Origin: a virus
DNA length: 57,697 bases
Virus record (IMG/VR): IMGVR_UViG_3300045988_023664
Location: 1-57,697 of that record
Strand: one strand, 5' to 3'
Part shown: in pieces, positions 35,588 through 42,112 of the stretch
Layout: each line of letters starts with the position of its first letter
Numbering within the stretch: position 1 is the first letter of the stretch
Notes under the pieces: model-generated
What the model was told of the DNA's origin: nothing
The model's input: the letters and a program-made list of their open reading frames with translations, nothing else
The model's database searches: none
Made by a program: the position numbers and the translations under genes

Positions 35588-35988
35588 TAAACATCACCTG
35601 CCTGTCTGTGATTAGCTCTGTAAGTATCAAATCCCTCTGGGTATCTTGCTTTCAGTTTGTCAACATTAATCTGCATGATTTCATCAAGATTAAACTCAAA
35701 TGAATCGCACATTAAAGCTAAATACCAACATACATCGCTGATTTCACGCTTTAAATGTTCAACATCTAACTGCTTTTCGTGAAAAACCCATTTCTTGAGC
35801 ATATCATTAAGCTCTCCGACTTCGCCAGATAAACCTAGTGCAGCATTGATAACACCGCCTAGCTCAATTCTTGGTGTATCTTCACCACGATTGCCTATCT
35901 TTAGATCATCAATCTTTTTCTCAAGCCTATCTGTAGACTTTTTATCGTTAGTACGCATAGCCAAAGCCTGATACTCTGCTCCCTGCAT
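35587..35988 (-). CDS. MazG-like nucleotide pyrophosphohydrolase
   Basis: The pattern GLSGEVGELNDMLKKWVFH...ISDVCWYLALMC...KLKARYPEGF. Confidence 0.8.
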   Translation of the reverse strand: MQGAEYQALAMRTNDKKSTDRLEKKIDDLKIGNRGEDTPRIELGGVINAALGLSGEVGELNDMLKKWVFHEKQLDVEHLKREISDVCWYLALMCDSFEFNLDEIMQINVDKLKARYPEGFDTYRANHRQAGDV

Positions 35989-36412
35989 TTCTAACTCCTA
36001 ACTCTTTTTTATTTTTTAAAATTTTTTGGAATTTACTCGGCTGAATTAGCCGTTTTGATGTGTGTATTTATTGAATATCTCGTGAATAATTAAGATGTGT
36101 TTATTATACACCTATCTATAGGATTTGTACAGTAGATTTATTGATTATATTATGTGAGTTATTATCAAAGCTATATATTAATAAATATAATGGTTATTGT
36201 ATATAGTTTAATAAATTATTATTGGTTGGTTATGTATATATAAATATATATAATAAGCCTTTTTATTTTTGAGAATATTTGAGCGACTTAGTTAGGCTTG
36301 CAGTGCGTGTATATATAACCCCCACGCCCTGCGTTTGTACATTTTGCACAATGAAATCAGCCAGAGCGGAGCCATTGCACAATGAATAATTATCACACAA
36401 TCGTTGTCAATC

Positions 36413-36543
36413 CGCTTGTTTACTGGCTTTGTCGTGTTTTTGTCGCTCAAATGTTCTGTTTTATCACTTCGCTAAACTCAACTTTAGCGAAGTCATGTTA
36501 TTGTAAGCCAAATGGCTGTAATTCGCTTGTTTACTGGCTTTGT
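36413..36543. repeat. 20-bp direct repeat cgcttgtttactggctttgt (36413-36432 and 36524-36543), flanking a 10-bp-stem hairpin at 36467-36492
   Basis: Read directly. The second copy spans the terS stop codon. The first copy lies in non-coding DNA downstream. Confidence 0.85.
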
Positions 36544-37241
36544 GGGATTTCTTGTACATCTTGCACAATGTTTTCTTGTTGTGCAATTTGACGAACATTA
36601 GAGCCTTGAGCGTTTCCGGATGTGCCAAGCTGCGGCAGATCTGATGCGGTCTTAATGACTTTCGCGGTACTTTCTCTACTAACTCCGGGAAGATTCCAAC
36701 CGAAGCGGCGATTCATAACTGCAAGTTGCCCGACTGGGTTCTTACCGGACCAGAGGCGAGCCTCTCCGCTAGATTCATAATCTTTTGACAGTTTTTCCCA
36801 CAAATCGTAAGCCGAAGTACTTAGTTTTGACGCTCTCTTCTCATTCGCCCAATCATATATAACAGTCTCATTTATGCCTGTTAATTTACAATATCCTGAT
36901 ATAGTACATATTTTATTATACTTATAACACATATATATATAATAATCTGCTATATAATTGAGATACTCATAATTATAACTATTGCAATTACTATTATTAA
37001 TATTACTATACTGGTTATTATAATTATTATTATTATATCCCTGTAATTTACCCTTTAATTTTAATCTATTAGTACCCTTAAAGGTATTATTGTATACATA
37101 AATCAAAGCAGCATAAAAGAGAGATTGCGGAGCTGATGTCATATCTTCGATATTTTCGTTTGTGCAGAATCGCTTAAAATGCATATCAATCTCATTTTCG
37201 AAAATCTCTTCGCTGTCTGCCGTTTCCTGTACTTTCTCCAT
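36531..37241 (-). CDS. terS: Terminase small subunit with an Asn/Tyr-rich low-complexity insertion
   Basis: ISGYCKLTGINETVIYDW...WSGKNPVGQLAVMNRRFGWN matches the TerS HTH and the NP.G.IF.LKN.FGW motif. The insertion reads GYNNNNYNNQYSNINNSNCNSYNYEYLNY. Confidence 0.7.
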   Translation of the reverse strand: MEKVQETADSEEIFENEIDMHFKRFCTNENIEDMTSAPQSLFYAALIYVYNNTFKGTNRLKLKGKLQGYNNNNYNNQYSNINNSNCNSYNYEYLNYIADYYIYMCYKYNKICTISGYCKLTGINETVIYDWANEKRASKLSTSAYDLWEKLSKDYESSGEARLWSGKNPVGQLAVMNRRFGWNLPGVSRESTAKVIKTASDLPQLGTSGNAQGSNVRQIAQQENIVQDVQEIPQSQ

Positions 37242-37362
37242 TCATTCCCCTTTCTGCTGGAGCTTATCCAGCTTATTGTAATATATACTAATAACATAAA
37301 AATAACCCAATAACTATTATATAATTATCGGGTGTAAATCTTGTATATTTAATTATTAAAAT

Positions 37363-37391
37363 AATATAGCATAAATATATTATAAAGTCAA
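37363..37391 (-). promoter_or_regulatory. Candidate promoter of the packaging/late operon (TTGACT-17 nt-TATATT)
   Basis: Hexamers read on the minus strand, about 120 nt upstream of the terS start. Confidence 0.45.
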
Positions 37392-37457
37392 TTTTATTTT
37401 TGAACTTGACATAATATAAAAAACTGTTTATTATGTAAAACGTAAACAGTAACAAAA

Positions 37458-37530
37458 ATGTATTGAAATATGCTATTTTGTATTTATAAACAACAACATC
37501 AGATGTATTGAAATATACGTTTTTGTATTT
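37458..37530. promoter_or_regulatory. Two 28-bp direct repeats ATGTATTGAAATAT-N4-TTTTGTATTT (37458-37485 and 37503-37530)
   Basis: Read directly, with a 45-bp period. They lie between a terminator and the candidate late promoter and are flanked by GTTACT-N-TTTA motifs. Confidence 0.8.
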
Positions 37531-37553
37531 CTTAAATAGTAACGTGCGGCGTA

Positions 37554-37586
37554 GAAAAAAGGGGAACGTTAAGCTCCCCTTTTTTA
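37554..37586. terminator. Bidirectional intrinsic terminator (A run, GGGGA-N9-TCCCC, T run)
   Basis: Read directly. It follows the stop of 37603..37947. Confidence 0.65.
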
Positions 37587-37602
37587 TTTTATCTATCCGA
37601 TT

Positions 37603-37947
37603 TTAGAACTCTTTTTTGATTATCTCCAAAGCTTTGTTATATGCCCAGTCTAAACTCTTATACTCGTTTTCTGTGGATATAACAACTTTATCCCCAGTAT
37701 CAAGAACTTCACCGAAATAGTAATCACATCCGCCAGACTTCTCCGCCTTTGTAGCTATTTTAAATGTATATCCGGCAAATTCTTTACCAGCGTTTCTTGT
37801 TTCTTCAACAGCAAATAAATGGCTATCATAATCTACATATTTTCTCGCGTTTTCATTTGTGAAGAACTTTGCAAGGCTCTTCATATCCGTTTTATTAGGT
37901 TCTCCATTCTTGTTTCTTTTAACTGTTAAATATCTCATATTATTCAC
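37603..37947 (-). CDS. Hypothetical protein (114 aa)
   Basis: ORF followed by a terminator. Confidence 0.6.
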   Translation of the reverse strand: MNNMRYLTVKRNKNGEPNKTDMKSLAKFFTNENARKYVDYDSHLFAVEETRNAGKEFAGYTFKIATKAEKSGGCDYYFGEVLDTGDKVVISTENEYKSLDWAYNKALEIIKKEF

Positions 37948-37960
37948 CTTTTAACCTTTC

Positions 37961-38233
37961 TTAATTGTTTTCTTTTTCGCATTCAAACCCGAATAAAATA
38001 TCGCTTGCCAGCTCTTCGCTGACTTCCTCTTCTGTAATTGGCTTTCTGTTCTCTGCTCCGATTATTTCATCAAGACTTGCGTCTATGTCAGCAAGTGCCT
38101 TTTCTCTGTCAAATCCAAGCTCAACAGCCTTGTTTAATAATTCGATTGTTTTCATCCTTTTCACCTTCCAGCCTTTCGGCTGCCCTTTCTTTGTTCCTGC
38201 CATTATAATAAACCATTTATCGTTTATTGTCAA
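37961..38233 (-). CDS. Hypothetical acidic protein (start uncertain; alternative ATG at 38155)
   Basis: ORF track entry. The internal ATG at 38155 has RBS AAGGTGA. Confidence 0.5.
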   Translation of the reverse strand: MTINDKWFIIMAGTKKGQPKGWKVKRMKTIELLNKAVELGFDREKALADIDASLDEIIGAENRKPITEEEVSEELASDILFGFECEKENN

Positions 38234-38256
38234 TACTTTTTAAAATCTTTTTTGGT

Positions 38257-38463
38257 TTATTTTTTCTCTACATATTTAATGATGTTTCCCGGCTGCATAT
38301 CTAAAAGTTCACACAGCTTTTCCAAAGTTTTAATGCCAATCATTTCATTTTTTCGCAATCTCTGCATTGCTGATTGACTGATTAAGTTCTCTTTTAATAT
38401 GCGTGTGGAATTATAGCCACTTTCTTTAAGCGTATCAAGCACATCTATTTTATATACAAGCAT
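38257..38463 (-). CDS. Small XRE/Cro-type HTH protein (68 aa)
   Basis: NSTRILKENLISQSAMQRLRKNEMIGIKTLEKLCELLDMQPGNII is a typical DUF739/XRE-like HTH. Confidence 0.7.
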   Translation of the reverse strand: MLVYKIDVLDTLKESGYNSTRILKENLISQSAMQRLRKNEMIGIKTLEKLCELLDMQPGNIIKYVEKK

Positions 38464-38493
38464 AGCTTTGTACCCTCCTATATTTTTTCTTAC

Positions 38494-38586
38494 ATTATAT
38501 AATTTGTGGCTTATAAAGTCAATTAAAAAATAATCTAAAAAAAGTTTATTTTAGCTATTGACTTTAAACCGTTTTAAGTTTATTAT
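38494..38586. promoter_or_regulatory. Back-to-back near-consensus promoters: minus TTGACT-17-TATAAT and plus TTGACT-17-TATTAT. Their -35 regions form an 11-bp inverted repeat (ATAAAGTCAAT / ATTGACTTTA).
   Basis: Read directly. An 8-bp GC stem (GGCGGTTG/CAACCGCC, 38614-38647) lies in the plus-strand leader. Confidence 0.55.
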
Positions 38587-38694
38587 AATAACTGTCAAGA
38601 GGACATACAAAAAGGCGGTTGCCACTCTACCAAAGTTTACAACCGCCACCAATCAAAAAGAAAGGTAGCTATATTATAGCACAGGTAAAAAGAA

Positions 38695-39027
38695 ATGAGA
38701 AGAACAAACAGCAAAGAAGTCAAAGCAGCGGTTAGAAACTATTTAACAGAAGTTGCACAGAGTGAAGAGCTTAACACAATTAAGGATATCAAGGATAAGT
38801 TTACAAATGAGTACGGTTGGGCGGTTGCAAGGCTTGGGGAACGTAACGCCTGTATAGAATGGCTGAGAGGTTTAGGCGTTAGCGTTGATTATAGTTATTA
38901 TGACATCATCCAGCTTATGTCTGAATGGTTAGACGAAAGCACAGAAGAAGCTGAAAAATGGCTTGATAAGCGTGGTGATGGTCTTTACTGGGATTTATTA
39001 GCAAGGGAGATTTTAGCAAGCAAATAA
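38695..39027 (+). CDS. Hypothetical acidic protein (110 aa)
   Basis: ORF behind the plus-strand promoter. Confidence 0.6.
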   Translation: MRRTNSKEVKAAVRNYLTEVAQSEELNTIKDIKDKFTNEYGWAVARLGERNACIEWLRGLGVSVDYSYYDIIQLMSEWLDESTEEAEKWLDKRGDGLYWDLLAREILASK

Positions 39028-39070
39028 TTAGCAAGGTTGGCTTTTCCGGGGTTCGATTCCCCGGCTTGCT
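39015..39070 (+). other. tRNA-like acceptor/T-arm minihelix 1
   Basis: AGCAAGC...CCGGGG-TTCGATT-CCCCGG-CTTGCT has a perfect T-loop consensus and a complementary acceptor-like stem. The 5' strand overlaps the stop codon of the preceding CDS. Confidence 0.55.
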
Positions 39071-39113
39071 TTTACCCGGATAACTGGGAAATTTAAAATA
39101 TGGAGGTGGTACT

Positions 39114-39416
39114 GTGAAATATGTACACTGGCTAAAAATTGACGGATATTCAAAACTTGAAGAAACTGCTTTACAATTTCAATCTATCGAAAATTATCTA
39201 AAAGCCTATCCAAAGGCTAAAGCTATGTTATATCAATATGATAATGGCTCATTTAATTGGATAGTGCGTTTAGAATGTGAACAGTGTTACATTGATTTAG
39301 ATTTAGATGTCAATAGCAGCTCAACAAGATTAGAAAGATTTTCATCTAAACCAAAGAACATAGGAAGAGAAAGGATTTTCAAATTTCCAGAACATTACAA
39401 AAAATATATTGAATAA
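39114..39416 (+). CDS. Hypothetical protein (100 aa)
   Basis: GTG at 39114 after GGAGGTGG. Confidence 0.55.
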   Translation: MKYVHWLKIDGYSKLEETALQFQSIENYLKAYPKAKAMLYQYDNGSFNWIVRLECEQCYIDLDLDVNSSSTRLERFSSKPKNIGRERIFKFPEHYKKYIE

Positions 39417-39440
39417 GGGCGTACAATCTGCGCCCTTTTT
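39417..39440 (+). terminator. Intrinsic terminator (GGGCG-N9-CGCCC followed by TTTTT)
   Basis: Read directly, right after the stop codon. Confidence 0.7.
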
Positions 39441-39441
39441 G

Positions 39442-39481
39442 GCTTGCTGTGGTTTGGCTGGTTCGATTCCAGCCACAAGCA
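39442..39481 (+). other. tRNA-like acceptor/T-arm minihelix 2
   Basis: GCTTG(C)TG-N7-GCTGG-TTCGATT-CCAGC-CACAAGC-A forms a 7-bp acceptor-like stem (one bulge) plus a canonical T arm, with no D or anticodon arms. Confidence 0.55.
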
Positions 39482-39483
39482 TT

Positions 39484-39510
39484 AAGCATATATTTTTATA
39501 TGCTTTTATT
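39484..39510 (+). terminator. Intrinsic terminator (AAGCATATA-TTTT-TATATGCTT followed by TTATT)
   Basis: Read directly. Confidence 0.55.
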
Positions 39511-39544
39511 GTACCTTGAAAAATTAATATAATAATGCTATGCT

Positions 39545-40049
39545 TATATATAGGGCTTTTGCACTTTTAGGTGTACAAGTGTACCCAGTTGGGGCGGCGT
39601 GTGTTCTGGTATATCTTCCAGATCTAGCAACAACTTCCACAACTTTCAAGGGCATATTATACCCATTTTATACAATACATTTAAAAGCGTTTTAAGGCTG
39701 TTTGTTCTGTAGGCTTAGAAGTCTACACCGACACAATAAAACCGCCGTACAGGGCAAATCACAAAGCCAAAACAAGCACGAACCGCAGCCGGTCAAGTTC
39801 GCATAAAACGCTTTAATCTATTAAAGTTTTTCATCAATTTTTCAGGGCAAATCTGAACAAAATCGGGAGCAAAAATTGAAATTCTGTGTAACCGATTTTT
39901 GGATTCCAAAATTGCATATGACGGGGGTATTTGAAACGGCGCATTATAATTTTGTGGGAAAATTTTTTCAATTTTTAAAATATAATTTGAACGAAATCTG
40001 AACCAAATTTTGAGATTTTTTAAAATTGAAATTGTGAATACAAAAAGTC
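39545..40049 (+). ncRNA. Candidate about 0.5-kb non-coding transcript (strand uncertain), convergent with cas5
   Basis: No ORF of 60 aa or more on either strand across 39417-40098. There is a candidate promoter TTGAAA-17-TGcTATGCT at 39516-39544 and a long-range 11-bp pairing AAAGCGTTTTA (39684) with TAAAACGCTTT (39804). Internal hairpins are present and a terminator lies at 40050-40095. Confidence 0.3.
39849..40033. repeat. Two degenerate 35-40-bp direct repeats (39849-39883 and 39994-40033): AAATCTGAAC...AAAATTGAAAT(T). A third related end, GTATTTGAAAC, lies at 39928-39937. ACGGGGGTA occurs twice.
   Basis: Read directly. Exact shared blocks are aaatctgaac (10 nt) and aaaattgaaatt (12 nt). 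Confidence 0.75.
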
Positions 40050-40095
40050 AACCCACGGGGGTAAAGAAAAATTTTACCTATATTCCGTGGGTTTT
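40050..40095. terminator. Bidirectional terminator hairpin (AACCCACGG...CCGTGGGTT followed by TTTT)
   Basis: A 9-bp outer stem with an inner GGTAAA/TTTACC stem, 4 nt from the cas5 stop codon. Confidence 0.65.
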
Positions 40096-40098
40096 AAA

Positions 40099-40797
40099 TT
40101 AGTTTATAAAAATAATTGGCTTATCATCATCAAAAAGATTGCTCACAACTTCTTGTCCTTTATCCACTAAATAACAAGAAACTTTCTGGAATCGCCTAAG
40201 ACCCTTAATGATTTCGTATTTGTTATTAATTCTATAGATAGTTCCCGCAAAATTGCCTTTATTAACAGGAATATAAGATTGCATAGCAAGTGGAGCTGAT
40301 ATGGATTTGTCAAGCTCCTTAAGTTCTACAATATCCACTGCTTCAATCTTACATAAATCACCATACTCACCTAATGATGGATATACTGGTGGGTTTAGTA
40401 ACGCACGGTATATATCATCTATGTCACTATCATCAGCTTTGATGTATATAGTTGTATATAAATCAACTAGCATTAGATGATATTTAACTGTACTAACCCA
40501 GCCGGTGTGGCTTCCGTCTGCATGATCTGTTATAATATCCCAACGATTAAGCATTTCATCGCTAATTTTGTTGAAATTATAGCCACCGTGCCATTCTTTT
40601 TGCACCTTAGTATTATAAATTCCTTTGCCAGTAACAAAATAATCTAATTTATGATACATTTTCCATTGACACATTGAATGAATAAACCCATTAACTGTAC
40701 TAAATGGTGGCAAAGGGTAGCAATCTGCACCTTTTGGCGCTGATGGATTATTGAATCTAGCCATTTCTTGATACATTTTTAATCTTACAACTCTCAT
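40099..40797 (-). CDS. cas5: Stand-alone CRISPR-associated Cas5 homolog (type I-B, Cas5t/Tneap-like), 232 aa
   Basis: MRVVRLKMYQEMARFNNP....CYPLPPFSTVNGFIHSMC at the N-terminus, and ...LLNPPVYPSLGEYGDLCKIEAVDIVEL...YIP...GTIYRINNKYE...R.F.KV..YLV. These match the Cas5t hallmarks I recall (YPLPPYSTViG... and LGRsEDl..i.ev.iVEL). The ATG at 40797 follows GAGG. The N-terminal extension in the ORF track is rejected. Confidence 0.7.
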   Translation of the reverse strand: MRVVRLKMYQEMARFNNPSAPKGADCYPLPPFSTVNGFIHSMCQWKMYHKLDYFVTGKGIYNTKVQKEWHGGYNFNKISDEMLNRWDIITDHADGSHTGWVSTVKYHLMLVDLYTTIYIKADDSDIDDIYRALLNPPVYPSLGEYGDLCKIEAVDIVELKELDKSISAPLAMQSYIPVNKGNFAGTIYRINNKYEIIKGLRRFQKVSCYLVDKGQEVVSNLFDDDKPIIFIN

Positions 40798-40916
40798 AAT
40801 AAAACCTCTAAAATAAAATAAGTTGCACCTATACAAAAATGTATCAATGCAACTTTCCACTATGGTTCTATTAAGGTAAAATGATATATTAATTATCAAT
40901 TGTTTACATCTATTAA

Positions 40917-40945
40917 ATAATAGCATTTTTAAATATTATTGTCAA
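40917..40945 (-). promoter_or_regulatory. Near-consensus promoter for cas5 (TTGACA-17 nt-TATTAT)
   Basis: Read on the minus strand. A leader of about 110 nt with a 7-bp hairpin (AGTTGCA...TGCAACT) follows. Confidence 0.55.
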
Positions 40946-41075
40946 CACAACAACTTTCTGTATAAATCAACGCCTTACTTGAATACCGACATTGACTAAG
41001 CTCATATATCAACATTTCCTTAGTCATAGTCGGATTAGTCCTTTGAATTATTTCCAATAACTCATCAATACTCAT
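40929..41075 (-). CDS. 48-aa micro-protein translationally coupled to the ImmA-like gene
   Basis: The ATG overlaps the upstream stop (TAATG). Sequence: MSIDELLEIIQRTNPTMTKEMLIYELSQCRYSSKALIYTESCCVDNNI. Confidence 0.4.
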   Translation of the reverse strand: MSIDELLEIIQRTNPTMTKEMLIYELSQCRYSSKALIYTESCCVDNNI

Positions 41076-41395
41076 TATCCCACTCTCCTAACCACTCCAA
41101 GTATCATATCAACAATGTCAAATACTTCATCTCCATAAGTTGCTACAAAATCACATAAAATTTCTTCTGTCTCAATCGGCAAATAAATATCATAAGACAT
41201 ACAGACGGTGTGGCAGATTTCGTGTATCAGCACTTTGCGTTGCATAAATCCACGCAAAGCATTTGATAGATAAATTGTGTGTGTATTTCTATCGGTTACA
41301 CCTAGTACAGAAACATTGTCTGACCGCTTTAATTCGCCTGAATTTGAATTTTTATATTGCACTTGCCACATTGTGCCATTAATGCTAAAAATCAT
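41075..41395 (-). CDS. ImmA/IrrE-like zinc metallopeptidase (short form)
   Basis: HEICH (HExxH) preceded by ...LGVTDRNTHTIYLSNAL. Confidence 0.6.
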   Translation of the reverse strand: MIFSINGTMWQVQYKNSNSGELKRSDNVSVLGVTDRNTHTIYLSNALRGFMQRKVLIHEICHTVCMSYDIYLPIETEEILCDFVATYGDEVFDIVDMILGVVRRVG

Positions 41396-41455
41396 CTGTA
41401 TGCTCCTTTCCTAAACAAAACAGGCTATGAATATTGCTACTCATAGCCTTTTAAA

Positions 41456-42106
41456 TCATATCTTAGATACAAGAGTACTTAGCTTTGTTCTAAGTAAGTT
41501 TTTCTCTTCTGCTGTCATGTCGGCAACCATATCTGTAATGTCGCTTGCAAGTTCCTTAGTGTAGCTGTCAAGTGACTTCATCTTATGCTCCTTATCCTCT
41601 GGCGTATTAGCTTTGTGCATTTCCTTAGTTTCTGTGTACATTCTCTTTGCCCTGTCGTAGCCACTTTCAGCGGTATGTGTACTTGTAGGCTCTGTATAGT
41701 ACATTCTGCCATACTCTCTATCCATATCTCTATCCGGGTACATATGATAATAAGGCGGTTCTTCGTATCCTCTTCTGCCTACATAGGTGCCTTTGCCTTT
41801 AGGGGCATATCTGCCAGTTCGCATATAGCGGTATTCATCATAGTATCTTCTGCCACCCTCTTCTCCGTATTCGTCTTTTAAGGCTCTAAGCAGCTCCTTG
41901 TTGTACTCTTCTTCCTCTTCATCGGCTTTCTTCATAGACTTAACGATAACAGCCTTATACTCTGCTTCACATAAGTCCTTAATCATATCGGCAGCTTCGC
42001 CCATTTCCTCTGTATTGACATTCTCAACACCCTTATCAAGCTCGCCTAAGGCTTTCTCTGTAAGACATTCAATCATTTTGTGGATTCTTTCAATGTGCAT
42101 ACTCAC
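41456..42106 (-). CDS. Hypothetical protein with helical acidic ends and a Tyr/Arg/Gly-rich centre
   Basis: Contains ...GGRRYYDEYRYMRTGRYAPKGKGTYVGRRGYEEPPYYHMYPDRDMDREYGRMYY... Confidence 0.6.
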   Translation of the reverse strand: MSMHIERIHKMIECLTEKALGELDKGVENVNTEEMGEAADMIKDLCEAEYKAVIVKSMKKADEEEEEYNKELLRALKDEYGEEGGRRYYDEYRYMRTGRYAPKGKGTYVGRRGYEEPPYYHMYPDRDMDREYGRMYYTEPTSTHTAESGYDRAKRMYTETKEMHKANTPEDKEHKMKSLDSYTKELASDITDMVADMTAEEKNLLRTKLSTLVSKI

Positions 42107-42112
42107 ACCTCC

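Noticed and set aside
37458-37530. The GTATTGAAAT-containing 28-bp repeats as CRISPR repeat units
   Set aside because: Only two copies are present, 45 bp apart, leaving no room for spacers. They sit directly upstream of a promoter, so a regulatory binding-site role is more plausible.
39849-40033. A bona fide CRISPR array next to cas5
   Set aside because: Only two or three degenerate elements are present, with irregular spacing and poor internal identity (10-12-nt exact blocks). It is reported as repeat-like elements only.
40798-40926. Upstream extension of the cas5 ORF (track start at 40926)
   Set aside because: The extension (MLLFNRCKQLIINISFYL...) covers the promoter and leader and has no RBS. 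The Cas5 homology starts at MRVVRLKMYQ, with GAGG 8 nt upstream.
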